Positions 49,373 to 59,334 of a stretch of DNA of 64,000 nucleotides are shown here, in pieces. The notes beneath the pieces were generated by a model, which was not told where the DNA came from, ran no database searches, and saw only the letters and a program-made list of their open reading frames with translations. How positions within the stretch are numbered: the stretch's first letter is position 1; every line of letters begins with the position of its first letter. Source of the stretch: Acidobacteriota bacterium (GTDB lineage Bacteria; Acidobacteriota; UBA6911; JACQSX01); NCBI GenBank assembly GCA_036507075.1, contig DASXQR010000152.1, positions 1 to 64,000 of the forward strand, read 5' to 3'. The position numbers were made by a program, and so were the translations under genes.

Positions 49373-49978
49373 TCAAAGTTTCACGAAGTTGGCCAGGAAG
49401 GTCAGGCCCGGCTGCTGGCTCTTTTCCGGGTGGCACTGCAGGCCGTAGATATTCTCGTGCCGGATCACGGAGGGAAATTCTTCCCCATATTCGGTAACAC
49501 CCAGGACGTCCTCTGATTTCTGCGGACGGCAGACGTAAGAGTGCACAAAATAGAAATAGGATTGCGAAGGGATGTTCTCAGTCAATTTCTCCCGCCGCGT
49601 CCACTCGATTTGATTCCAGCCGATGTGAGGAACCGGCAAATCGGCCTGCATTTTTTCCACGTTCCCCGGAACCAAACCCAGGCCGTTTTCAAAACCGAAT
49701 TCATTTCCCTCATCGAACAGAAGCTGCATTCCCAGGCACAATCCCAACAGCGGCTTACCTTCATGCGCATGGTCTTTGAGCGCCCCGATCAGGTCCAGTT
49801 TGCGAAGATTCTCCATTCCCTGCCGAAACGAGCCTACTCCAGGAAGGACGACACGGCCCGCCCGTTCCACATCTTCCCTGCTGCTGGAAATCCGCACCTG
49901 CTCGCCCACGGCGTCAAAAGCGCGCCGCACGGAACCGAGGTTGCAGATCTGATAATCCACCACTACCGTGCTGATCAC
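49373..49978 (-). CDS. hisH: Imidazole glycerol phosphate synthase glutaminase subunit
   Basis: LPGVGSF, GLCLGMQLL, PHIGWN, YFVHSY, QCHPEKS. Confidence 0.93.
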   Translation of the reverse strand: MISTVVVDYQICNLGSVRRAFDAVGEQVRISSSREDVERAGRVVLPGVGSFRQGMENLRKLDLIGALKDHAHEGKPLLGLCLGMQLLFDEGNEFGFENGLGLVPGNVEKMQADLPVPHIGWNQIEWTRREKLTENIPSQSYFYFVHSYVCRPQKSEDVLGVTEYGEEFPSVIRHENIYGLQCHPEKSQQPGLTFLANFVKL

Positions 49979-50562
49979 AATTCTCCTTTGGTGGAAGGCA
50001 CTCTGTCGTCACCGGGCGTTTGCGCGACAGCGCTACCCAGCGCCCGTGCCGCTGCTTTGAAAATCGCCTCCGAAACATGATGCAGATTCGTTCCGTAGAG
50101 TACCTCCACGTGCAGGTTCATCTTCCCATTGACGCAAAACGATCGCCAGAACTCCTCCACCAGTTCAAAGGGCATGTCTCCCATGCGGCCGTCACGCCGC
50201 GGAACTCGATATTCAAAATGAGCGCGGCCCGAAAGGTCCACTACCACTCGCGCAAGCGCGTCGTCCATGGGGGCGTAGAAAAAGCCGTAGCGTGCAATTC
50301 CTCTCTTTTCACCCAGCGCCTGAACTAACGCCTGTCCCAGGCAGATGCCGGTATCTTCAATCGAATGGTGCGGATCGATGTGAAGGTCGCCTTTACAGCT
50401 AACCTGCAGATCGAATCCCCCATGACGTCCAAACAACTCGAGCATGTGATCGAAAAACCCGATTCCAGTCTCGATGGCGCAGTCGCCGCGGCCGTCCAGA
50501 TTCAGATCGACCTTAACATCGGTTTCGCGGGTGTTACGCGTTATTGTTGAAGATCGGCTCAT
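49975..50562 (-). CDS. hisB: Imidazoleglycerol-phosphate dehydratase
   Basis: RNTRETD, TGIGFFDHML, DPHHSIED, NLHHVSEAIFK, PSTKG. Confidence 0.95.
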   Translation of the reverse strand: MSRSSTITRNTRETDVKVDLNLDGRGDCAIETGIGFFDHMLELFGRHGGFDLQVSCKGDLHIDPHHSIEDTGICLGQALVQALGEKRGIARYGFFYAPMDDALARVVVDLSGRAHFEYRVPRRDGRMGDMPFELVEEFWRSFCVNGKMNLHVEVLYGTNLHHVSEAIFKAAARALGSAVAQTPGDDRVPSTKGEL

Positions 50563-51635
50563 ATTACTGTTTCTTTCAGCGCCCGCAGAAACTCCAGATT
50601 TTCGTGCGGAAGCCCCACACTCACGCGCAGGCAGTTTTCCAGGCCCTTGGCGCCGGAAACATCACGGATCAGAATTCCCTGACTGCGCAACTGTGAGAAA
50701 ACCCGGGCCGCGTCGCGGACACGAAACAGCAAGAAATTTGCCTCCGACGGGAAGACTTCCACTCCTTTGATCTCGCGCATGTTTTCAAACAACCGTCGAC
50801 GCTCCCGTATCAGCTCCTGGATCGGCTCCAGGCTGCAGTGCATGTGGTCCAGGATGGCTTCCGCCGCCGTGAGCGTGACGAAGTTAATATTGTAAGGAAG
50901 CTTTATCTTTTCCAGTTGCGTCACTACTTCAGGGTGCGCGAGCACATAACCCATGCGCAGTCCCGCAGCGGCGAGTGCCTTGGAGAAAGTTCGAGTGATG
51001 ATCAGGTTGGGATACTGGCTCAGGAACTCAGTGGCGTGAAACTCGCAGAACTCGTGATACGCCTGATCCAGAATCACCACGCCGTCGGTCAAGTCCAGAA
51101 CGTCCCGCAGAGTTTCGCGATCCATCACCGTGCCGGTAGGATTGTTCGGAGTGCAGAAGATCATGGCATCCGGCCGCTCCTGCTCGATGGCCTCAAGCAA
51201 GGCATTTCTGGGAAATGAGGAGAAGTCGTCAAAGGGCACCTCGATCAGCGTCGCGCCGTTGCTCAATCCCAGAATGCGGTACAGCGCAAATGTGGGAGGC
51301 ACGATCAGCAGTTTTTTTCCACGATCCAGAAACAGATGCAGCAGATTCTGAAGCAATTCATTGGAACCGTTTCCTACCGTGACACCCTGCGGAATCCAGC
51401 CGCTGTGATTGGCCAGTTTCTTGCACAAGCGCGTCGCCTTGAAATCCGGATAACGGCTCCAGGGGTGATCCATCAACTGCCGCGCCACCAGACCCTTGAG
51501 GAACAAGGGTGGGTCGTACGGATTCTCGTTCTGGTTCAGCTTGATCTGCGCTTCACAGGGCTTGAGATCGTAGGCTTTGATCTTCAGAATTTCAGGTTTA
51601 ACTTTCGTCAACGGATCCTTGCTCATTCCAGCCAC
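50559..51635 (-). CDS. hisC: Histidinol-phosphate aminotransferase
   Basis: LNQNENP, GNGSNE, PNNPTG, DQAY, RTFSKA, LRVSVG; start may be ATG 51626. Confidence 0.92.
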   Translation of the reverse strand: MAGMSKDPLTKVKPEILKIKAYDLKPCEAQIKLNQNENPYDPPLFLKGLVARQLMDHPWSRYPDFKATRLCKKLANHSGWIPQGVTVGNGSNELLQNLLHLFLDRGKKLLIVPPTFALYRILGLSNGATLIEVPFDDFSSFPRNALLEAIEQERPDAMIFCTPNNPTGTVMDRETLRDVLDLTDGVVILDQAYHEFCEFHATEFLSQYPNLIITRTFSKALAAAGLRMGYVLAHPEVVTQLEKIKLPYNINFVTLTAAEAILDHMHCSLEPIQELIRERRRLFENMREIKGVEVFPSEANFLLFRVRDAARVFSQLRSQGILIRDVSGAKGLENCLRVSVGLPHENLEFLRALKETVI

Positions 51636-51720
51636 CGGAAAAGATGCATTAAATTCTAAATTACCGGCGGCGGGAATTCATGATCAAATTCGCCGGCTAG
51701 CCAGGATTATCCAAAAACTT

Positions 51721-51892
51721 AACCGCCAAGAACGCCAAGAACTCTAAGCATAGCGCAATGGACGGGGCTGAAGCTTGAAGTATGAAGGGCCATCAAAGCC
51801 GCGTTAAAACGTCAGGCGGGAAACCCTTCATACTTCAAGCTTCAGCCCCGTCCATTGCGCTGTTCTTGGCGTTCTTGACGTTCTTCGCGGTT
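51721..51892. repeat. Long palindromic element with 38-bp perfect stem inside the his cluster
   Basis: 51752-51789 is the exact reverse complement of 51824-51861. Confidence 0.9.
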
Positions 51893-51924
51893 AGATATTC
51901 TTGAATAATCCGGGCTAATCGCCG

Positions 51925-53211
51925 TTATTTGGTTTCGAGGCGGACCGCGATGGCGCGCGCGTGCGCCTGGAGCCCTTCGGCCATGGCCAGCTTTTGAATA
52001 TGCGGCCCGGCTGCGCGCAACTGGCGCCTGGAGTACTTGATCAGGCTGGTGCGTTTGACGAAATCGTAAACTCCCAGCGGTGAAGCGTAGCGAGCCGCCC
52101 CGCTGGTCGGCAGGACATGGTTGGGTCCGGCCCAATAGTCTCCCACCGGTTCCGGAGAGTACTCTCCGACGAAGATGGCGCCCGCATTGGTGATTTCTTT
52201 CAAATAATATGACTCGTCGCGCACCATCAGCTCCAGGTGCTCGGGGGCAAGCCGGTTTGTCCACGAAACCGCCTGCTCGCGCGATTCTGCGAGCAGAACA
52301 GCGCCCCGTTCGTCGAGAGAACGCCTTACGATCTGGCGTCGTGTCAGGTATTGGACCTGCTGCTGCAACTGGCGAACGACCTGACGAGCCAGATCTTCGG
52401 AGGTCGTGATGCAGACGGCCAGAGCCTGCTCGTCGTGCTCCGCCTGCGCCAGCATATCGGCGGCAACGTAACTGGCACGCGCCTGATGCTCGGCGATTAT
52501 CACCACTTCGGTCGGACCGGCAATCATGTCGATGCCAACACAGCCGAACACTTTTTGCTTTGCCAGCGCTACGAAAGTGTTTCCCGGCCCGACGATCTTG
52601 TCCACGGCGGGAATGGTTTCCGTTCCGTAGGCAAGCGCGGCAATGGCCTGCGCTCCGCCGATGCGATATATTTCAACCAGCTTCAATTCCATGCACGCAG
52701 CCGCAAGCAGTGGATGGCTTTCAAACGACGCAGGCGGAGAAACCACGGCGATTCTGCGCACGCCGGCAATCTGCGCCGGAATGACATTCATCAGCAGAGT
52801 AGAAGGGTACGCCGCTTTTCCGCCGGGAACGTAGACGCCGACGGAGTGCAGCGGCCGGATCACCTGTCCCAGAAAAGACTCGCCCGTGCCTTTTTTCCAG
52901 CTCCTCTCAACCTGAGTCTCGTGGAACTTGCGGATGTTGCGGATTGCACTTCGCAGCGCCTTCAGCCATTGCGGGTCTGCCTTCCTGGCAAGTTTCTTCA
53001 GATAGTCGTCCTGAATGCGGAACTCCTCAGGCCGAAGATTGCAGCTGTCGAATCGCGCGGTGGCGTCCACTACCGCCAGATCCCGGCGCTTTTTCACGTC
53101 GCGCAGAATTTTCTCCACTGATCTTTCGGCCAATTTTCTGCGCGCGCCGTTTCCCGTTCGAAACGCTTCCAGATAGGTTTCCGCCGCGGGTCCTGTCAGA
53201 ATTCCAATCAC
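51925..53211 (-). CDS. hisD: Histidinol dehydrogenase
   Basis: [49 protein letters not shown] start overlaps the hisG stop. Confidence 0.95.
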   Translation of the reverse strand: MIGILTGPAAETYLEAFRTGNGARRKLAERSVEKILRDVKKRRDLAVVDATARFDSCNLRPEEFRIQDDYLKKLARKADPQWLKALRSAIRNIRKFHETQVERSWKKGTGESFLGQVIRPLHSVGVYVPGGKAAYPSTLLMNVIPAQIAGVRRIAVVSPPASFESHPLLAAACMELKLVEIYRIGGAQAIAALAYGTETIPAVDKIVGPGNTFVALAKQKVFGCVGIDMIAGPTEVVIIAEHQARASYVAADMLAQAEHDEQALAVCITTSEDLARQVVRQLQQQVQYLTRRQIVRRSLDERGAVLLAESREQAVSWTNRLAPEHLELMVRDESYYLKEITNAGAIFVGEYSPEPVGDYWAGPNHVLPTSGAARYASPLGVYDFVKRTSLIKYSRRQLRAAGPHIQKLAMAEGLQAHARAIAVRLETK

Positions 53212-53822
53212 GATAATTGCTTCTCCATAGACTCGAGCAGCCCGCCTATCTCGGAACGCTTGGTGTGAAACCCGGCGCGGTTGATAATCAGACGCGCCGT
53301 GCATTGCATGATTTCCTCGAGCACGATCAAACCGTTTTCACGGAGAGTGTTTCCCGTTTCCACCAGGTCCACCACTCTTTCGGCCAGACCCAGAGCAGGC
53401 GCCAGCTCCACAGATCCCGAGAGAGGAATAACCTCCACGGCCTTTCCCTGGTTTCGAAAAAAATCTTCGGTAATTCGCGGGTACTTGGTGGCGATGCGGA
53501 GCGATGGCGGCTCATGATCGTCCGCCTTGCCGGCCAGTACCATTCGACAACGGCCAATCTGCAGATCGAGGGGCTGGTGCACGTCCGGCAGTACCTCGCG
53601 CAGGATGTCCGTGCCGCAGATGCCTGCGTCCGCGGCGCCATACTCGACATAGATGGGCACATCGATGGGCTTGACCAGTATGAACTGGTAGCGATGATCG
53701 CCTGAGGCGAGCCGCAGTTTGCGCGTGCTTGCTGCGTCCGGGGGGAGCTCAATTCCGCAGCGAGCCAGAAACTCGACGCAGGCGCCAAAGATTCTGCCCT
53801 TGGGAAGCGCCATTATGATCAT
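53208..53822 (-). CDS. hisG: ATP phosphoribosyltransferase, short form
   Basis: ALPKGR, DVPIYVEYG, IATKYP, GSVELAP, DLVETG; ~204 aa. Confidence 0.93.
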   Translation of the reverse strand: MIIMALPKGRIFGACVEFLARCGIELPPDAASTRKLRLASGDHRYQFILVKPIDVPIYVEYGAADAGICGTDILREVLPDVHQPLDLQIGRCRMVLAGKADDHEPPSLRIATKYPRITEDFFRNQGKAVEVIPLSGSVELAPALGLAERVVDLVETGNTLRENGLIVLEEIMQCTARLIINRAGFHTKRSEIGGLLESMEKQLS

Positions 53823-54892
53823 GAAGGCCACTCCACTCGAATCCTTTTGTGCTCTTTGCGCATTCGCCGTGCCTGCTCGAAGTTCGAAGCCTGCTCGCAC
53901 TGCGATTCTTCCGGCGCGGCAGGCGAAAGCGCCGCCACCAGCCTTTCGAGACTCACGGAAAAGCCCACCGCCGGAAGAGATACTCCGAACTTTTCGGCCA
54001 GCGAATCGTAGCGCCCCCCCCCGCCGATCTCAAAGCCGAGGCTTTCGCTGTAAACCTTAAAAATGAGGCCGGTATAGTAATCGAGATTTCGAACTTCAGC
54101 CAGATCGATCAGGAAGTGGCGCTCCAGTCCCAGCGAGGAAAGCTCGTCATGAATGGTGGCAAGCCGATCCAGGGCCTGCCGGGACTTTTGATTCTGCACC
54201 ACGCGCTCGGCCCGGTCCAGAACCTCTCTGCCGCCTGCCAGCCGCGGCAAGGCCTGAAGAAATTCCTCCTTGGCGGGGCTCAAATCCATTGCGGAAATCA
54301 TCTGCCCGATGCCCCAGGAGTCTTTGTGATCGATCAGATTCTTCAATGTGAGCCTGTCCTCGTCGGAAAGGCTTAGCGCCTCCACGATTCCAGCAAAGAA
54401 CTCCGCATGCCCCAGGGGCACGATGGCATTGCGAAGGCCGGCGCAATCGAGCGCCTCCAGCATCACCAGCAATACCTCTATTTCAGCGGATACAGAGGAG
54501 CTTCCGAAAAGTTCAATTCCCGCTTGATAGAATTCGCGCTGCTGCCCGGCTTTCGGGTCCTCATAGCGAAAGACTTCGCCGTCGTACCAAAGCCTCAACG
54601 GCATTTCCGCCTTACCCTGCGCCGCCACCACCTTGGCCACCAGTGTGGTCAAGTCCGGACGGAGCGCCAGCAGGCTGCCGTCGCGATCCACGAACGAATA
54701 CATTCGCTTTTCCAGTTCGGGTCCAAGGGCCAGATGGAAGGAGTGCGCATAGTCGATCACCGGCAACATGACCTCCCGGTAAGACCATCCTTCAAAGACG
54801 GCGCGAAGCCGCTCCAGGAGAATGCGCCGGTTTTTCGATTGCGCGCCGGTGAAATACTGAACGCCCGGCGCCAGGGTACGGGGCTTTTGCAT
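53819..54892 (-). CDS. hisZ: ATP phosphoribosyltransferase regulatory subunit
   Basis: LRPDLT, REFYQAGIE, DYYTG, GGGRYD; directly upstream of short hisG. Confidence 0.88.
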   Translation of the reverse strand: MQKPRTLAPGVQYFTGAQSKNRRILLERLRAVFEGWSYREVMLPVIDYAHSFHLALGPELEKRMYSFVDRDGSLLALRPDLTTLVAKVVAAQGKAEMPLRLWYDGEVFRYEDPKAGQQREFYQAGIELFGSSSVSAEIEVLLVMLEALDCAGLRNAIVPLGHAEFFAGIVEALSLSDEDRLTLKNLIDHKDSWGIGQMISAMDLSPAKEEFLQALPRLAGGREVLDRAERVVQNQKSRQALDRLATIHDELSSLGLERHFLIDLAEVRNLDYYTGLIFKVYSESLGFEIGGGGRYDSLAEKFGVSLPAVGFSVSLERLVAALSPAAPEESQCEQASNFEQARRMRKEHKRIRVEWPS

Positions 54893-54989
54893 GAGAAAAG
54901 TTCTACATTTAATCCCGAGTCTGACCTTAATACAATCTTCGTTTTTTTTCGCTCGTTTCACCTTGCTTTGTCAGCGGTGCAGTCCAATT

Positions 54990-55430
54990 TCCGAATGCGG
55001 AATTTGGAATGTGGAATGCGGAATGCAGAAGGCCGGAGGCAGAAAGCAGAAAGCGGAAGGCTGAATAAAGCCTATGGTCCAGCGGGCCCTCGCCATGGGG
55101 CACCCAAGCACACAACTTAGCTTGGTTCCTTTGTGGTTCATTCTTACTAACCACCAAGACACCAAGCCAGCCCAAAATCCCGCAATCGCTTAAACTCCTA
55201 CCAGCCTTCGGCCTTCCGCTTTTCACGCCTTTCACGCCTTTCAGCCCTTCCACCCTTCCACCTTCCGCATTCCGCTTTCTGCCTTCCGCCTTCTGCTTTC
55301 CGGCTTCTGCTTTCCGCATTCCGCCTTCCGCCTTCCGCCTTCCGCCTTCCGCTTTCCGCCTTCCGCCTTCCGCTTTCCGCATTCCGCATTCCGCATTCTA
55401 CATTCCGCATTCTACATTCCGCATTTGGAA
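54990..55430. repeat. Large inverted heptamer array (GGAATGC/GAAGGCG versus TTCCGCA/TTCCGCC)
   Basis: About 10 units on the left, over 20 complementary units on the right, with a REP in between. Confidence 0.9.
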
Positions 55431-55455
55431 CCCCGGCTGCTACCATGAACCCCGG

Positions 55456-56652
55456 ATGATTTCCGTAGAGAAACTGGTTTACCAGGGATACGGCCTGGCG
55501 CGTCAGAACGGAAAGACCGTCTTTGTTCGGCGCGCCGCTCCCGGAGACCGCGCCGAAATCCGGATCACGGAGCATAAGAAAAACTTCGATGTCGCGCAAA
55601 TTGTGCGGCTGATCGAACCTTCTTCCGCCCGCGTAGATGCGCCTTGCATCTTCTACCACCGCGGCTGCGGGGGCTGCCAGTGGCAGCATCTGAATTACGA
55701 ACAACAACTGCTATGGAAGAGAAGGATATTTCTCGAATTCCTCGAGAGAAGCTGCCTTCCCGAACCTTATCCCGAAATTACCGTGAATCGGTCGGAGCCG
55801 TTTCATTACCGGACCCGTTTTCAATTCCATGTAACGGAAGCCGGCAAGACTGCGCTGTTTCGCGAGCATAGTCACCAGTTGGTTGAAGTCGATCACTGCT
55901 GGTTGGTGCCCGAGCCGTCCAACACTCTATTGCAGCGCCTGCAGGGACGCGAGTGGCTGGCCGGCTTGAAGTCGATTCAGATCTGGATTGACGATTCCAA
56001 CCGCGTCGGTTTGCAGACGACGCCCGAACTGCCCGAGAACCTGAGCCGGAAAGTGCGCAATGACTTGCCGGGAGTGATGCTGCTCGGTTCAGACTCCCCT
56101 GATCGGATGGAGTATGTTGTGGGAGGAATACGATTTCAGCTCGGCGGGCAGAGCTTTTTCCAGACAAACCGTTTCCTTAACGCGAAGCTCAATGACGCGG
56201 TTTGTCACTTTGCCGGGCGTGGTGGGCGCGTGCTCGATCTCTATTCCGGGGTTGGCTTCTTTGCGCTTCCGCTGGCCAAACAATACGGCCAGGTCCTGGG
56301 AATCGAGGAAAGCCCGGCCGCGGTTGCGCAGGCGCGCGAGATTGCCATGCTCAACGGGATTTCGAATGTGGAATTTTTCCAGGCAAACGTCGATCGCTGG
56401 ACCGGGGACTGCGCCCAGTCTTTCGATGCCGTCATTGCAGATCCGCCGCGGGCCGGGCTCTCGCGGAAGATCGCCGAGTGGATTTTGAGGGTGAACCCCG
56501 GGCGCGTGATTTACGTGTCTTGTGACCCGGCAACTCTGGTGCGTGATCTCCTTTGGCTGAGCACGCGGTATTTAGTGGAGCAGTTCTGGCTTTTCGATCT
56601 TTTCCCACAGACGTTCCACTTTGAGGTAGTGGCGGCATTGCGGGCCAGGTGA
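55456..56652 (+). CDS. rlmD: RlmD/RumA-like RNA m5U methyltransferase with TRAM domain
   Basis: CGGCQWQH Fe-S motif, FFQTN, LDLYSGVG, DPPRAG, YVSCDPATL, DLFPQT.HFE. Confidence 0.8.
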   Translation: MISVEKLVYQGYGLARQNGKTVFVRRAAPGDRAEIRITEHKKNFDVAQIVRLIEPSSARVDAPCIFYHRGCGGCQWQHLNYEQQLLWKRRIFLEFLERSCLPEPYPEITVNRSEPFHYRTRFQFHVTEAGKTALFREHSHQLVEVDHCWLVPEPSNTLLQRLQGREWLAGLKSIQIWIDDSNRVGLQTTPELPENLSRKVRNDLPGVMLLGSDSPDRMEYVVGGIRFQLGGQSFFQTNRFLNAKLNDAVCHFAGRGGRVLDLYSGVGFFALPLAKQYGQVLGIEESPAAVAQAREIAMLNGISNVEFFQANVDRWTGDCAQSFDAVIADPPRAGLSRKIAEWILRVNPGRVIYVSCDPATLVRDLLWLSTRYLVEQFWLFDLFPQTFHFEVVAALRAR

Positions 56653-56665
56653 CATTCAGAAAGAT

Positions 56666-56995
56666 TCACCACAAAGGCCAGCGCAGCCGCAGGCCGCGAC
56701 CAAAGAAAAAGCCGTCCACGTCTACGTGCACGTGACACGTCAATGTCCACGTCTCAGGTCCACGATCACGACAACATACAGACAGCCCCTCAATTCCGCC
56801 CAATCTGTGACAAAACGAGCGAAGTCGTAAACGTAATCGTGGACGTTGACGTGTCACGTGCTCGTTAGACGTGGACGGCTTTGAAAAACTTGCCAAAATA
56901 ACTAGAAGTTGCCAACTTGTTACACAAAGGACACAAAGTTGTCCGAAACGGCGTGCAGCGAGGCAGGAGTTTGTGTTCTTCGTGTCTTTGTGGTG
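56666..56995 (+). mobile_element. Nested miniature element inside a REP
   Basis: Full-length homolog of 27534-27813. Confidence 0.75.
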
Positions 56996-57001
56996 TATTT
57001 T

Positions 57002-57538
57002 TCAGCTCTGCTTATCCGCAAGAGGCTTCAATTTGCCCGAAAGATATTTGCTGGCCAGGTCCTGGTAGGCTGGAGCGCTGGTGTTTATCCACGACCGGGC
57101 ATTGTCGGAAAGCGGCTTTTTGATTTGCGCCGGGTTCCCCGCGGCCAGATAGCCTGGGGGCACTTCCATCTTTTCTACCACCACCGAACCGGCGGCGACC
57201 AGCGCGCCCGCTCCCACTCTGGCGCCGTGCAAAACGACGCTATTCATGCCGATGACCGCTCCATCCTCGATAATGCAGCCTTCCAGGATGCATCCATGGC
57301 CGAGCGTCACATTTTTCCCGATCAGCGTCCGGCCGCCACGCGGAGCATGGACCACAACGTTGTCCTGAACACTGGTACCTGAGCCCACAACGATCTCACC
57401 GGTGTCACCTCGCAACACCGATCCAAACCAGACGCTGCTCCGCGTCCCGATCTTCACTCTTCCGAGCAGTACCGCATTTGGCGCGATAAAGACGCCTGGT
57501 TCGACTTCCGGCAGCACGCCGTCATACTCGAAAATCAT
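57002..57538 (-). CDS. Gamma-carbonic anhydrase family (hexapeptide repeat) protein
   Basis: SVWFGSVLRGD, VQDN..VH, TLGH, AGNPA. Confidence 0.88.
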   Translation of the reverse strand: MIFEYDGVLPEVEPGVFIAPNAVLLGRVKIGTRSSVWFGSVLRGDTGEIVVGSGTSVQDNVVVHAPRGGRTLIGKNVTLGHGCILEGCIIEDGAVIGMNSVVLHGARVGAGALVAAGSVVVEKMEVPPGYLAAGNPAQIKKPLSDNARSWINTSAPAYQDLASKYLSGKLKPLADKQS

Positions 57539-59262
57539 AATGTTCTCCTAAGGAACTCCAGCAACTGCGGCAGCGGCCTGGCATTGAGGACATCGGAAGG
57601 CTCCAGCCAGCCGCGGCGCGCCGTGTGGACCCCGAAGCGCAGGGCGCCCAGCATTTTTGCCTGGTGCGCATCAGACGAGATCACAACCGGAATTCCCATG
57701 GTCCTGGCCTTGTAGCAATGCACGTCGTTCAGGTCAAGTCTGGCCACGTCTGAGTTCAGCTCCAGCGCGGTTTTGCTGCGCCGGGCGGTCTCAAAGACGG
57801 CATCGATGTCCAGCGGATAGGAATTCCTTCGAAGCAACAGACGTCCCGTGGGATGCGCCAGAATATCGACGTGCGGATTCTCAATCGCGCGGCAGATTCG
57901 GCGCGTCATTTCATCGGCCGTCATGTTGAAGCGTGAATGGATGGATGCAATCACCACATCCAATTGTTCCAGCAGAGAGTCCGGGTAGTCCAGCGATCCA
58001 TCGGCCAGAATGTCCACTTCAGACCCCGCCAGTACGCGCACCGGGGAATTGTTGGCAGCCTGCCAGTTTCGAATTTCGTCGATGTGCCGCAGCAGGCGCT
58101 CTTCATTCAATCCGTTCGTGATCGCCAGCGACTGGGAATGGTCGGTAATTGCGATGTATTCATAACCGAGCCGCTGCGCGGCAGCCGCCATTTCCTGAAC
58201 GGTGTTCTTCCCGTCGCTGGCAACCGTATGCATGTGCAAATCCCCTCGAATATCGGATTCCTCGACCAGGCGCGGGAGCTGCTCTGCCTGCGCGGCTTCA
58301 ATCTCGCCTCGGTTCTCGCGCAGTTCAGGAGGTATGAACTGAAGACCGAGCAGGCGGTAAACGTCTTCCTCCTGCGCGCCCGCCACTTGTACCTCATCGC
58401 TGATGCGGAACACGCCGTATTCATTCACTTTGAATCCCATGCGTTTGGCGCGCTCGCGCAATATGACGTTGTGTTCCTTGGATCCGGTGAAATACTGCAA
58501 AGCCGCCCCGAAACTGGGCTGGGGCAGAACCCTCAGGTCCACCTGCATGCCGGAGCTGAGCGCGATGGACGACTTGGTTTCGCCCCTTGCCAGAATCTGA
58601 TCGGCGGGCGGGAAGTCCACAAACCGGCTCATCACCGGAAGCGGATCCTCGCTCGCCACCAGCACGTCAACATCAGCCACCGTTTCCTTCCAGCGGCGCA
58701 CGCTTCCGGCGGCGGAAATTCGCGCCACATTGACCGCTTCCTGCATGTGCCGGATGACCTGTTCGGCGACCGCCAGCGCTTCGTGGATTCGAAATTGTCC
58801 CGACGTCTGTTCCTGCTCCCTGATGGCTTTAAGAATGCGCGACTCGATCTTCTCTCCAATGCCGGGCAGGTTTCTAAGCTCATGCCGTTGCGCCGCCTCG
58901 GCCAGCTCGGACAAACTGCGGATTCCGCGGTCGCGAAACAGCGCAACCTTCTTGGGCCCGACGCCGGGCAGTCGCGACATTTCAAGCAGAGAAAGAGGAA
59001 CCACCGCCAGCAGTCTCTGGTGCTCGGCACACTGGCCGGTCTGGCAGATTTCCATAATGATGGAGAATATGGTGGAACCGATGCCGGACAGCTCGCTGAT
59101 GGCGTCCGGATTCTCACGCGCCGCTCTGTCAATGTTAAAGCTGACCGATTCGAGCGCCTGGCCGGCCTTCCGGTACGACCGAATGCGAAATACATTCTCG
59201 TTCTGAATCTCCAGAATGTCGGCGATTTGATAGAGAACCTTGAAGAATTCCTTGTTTTCCAT
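57535..59262 (-). CDS. polX: DNA polymerase X / PHP 3'-5' exonuclease
   Basis: FRIRSY, HhH GVGPK, AGSVRR, DVD, YFTGSKEHN, GDLHMHT, ITDHS, AHPTGR, SDAH. Confidence 0.93.
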   Translation of the reverse strand: MENKEFFKVLYQIADILEIQNENVFRIRSYRKAGQALESVSFNIDRAARENPDAISELSGIGSTIFSIIMEICQTGQCAEHQRLLAVVPLSLLEMSRLPGVGPKKVALFRDRGIRSLSELAEAAQRHELRNLPGIGEKIESRILKAIREQEQTSGQFRIHEALAVAEQVIRHMQEAVNVARISAAGSVRRWKETVADVDVLVASEDPLPVMSRFVDFPPADQILARGETKSSIALSSGMQVDLRVLPQPSFGAALQYFTGSKEHNVILRERAKRMGFKVNEYGVFRISDEVQVAGAQEEDVYRLLGLQFIPPELRENRGEIEAAQAEQLPRLVEESDIRGDLHMHTVASDGKNTVQEMAAAAQRLGYEYIAITDHSQSLAITNGLNEERLLRHIDEIRNWQAANNSPVRVLAGSEVDILADGSLDYPDSLLEQLDVVIASIHSRFNMTADEMTRRICRAIENPHVDILAHPTGRLLLRRNSYPLDIDAVFETARRSKTALELNSDVARLDLNDVHCYKARTMGIPVVISSDAHQAKMLGALRFGVHTARRGWLEPSDVLNARPLPQLLEFLRRTL

Positions 59263-59334
59263 CTTCGTGCCCCTTTTTACTGCTGAGCACCAGAATTTTG
59301 CTCTTTAAGCAAGATTTCCGTCTCAAGAAAAACA

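Noticed and set aside
54927..55707. ORFs with RKAEGG/NAEC repeats
   Set aside because: They are translations of the heptamer arrays
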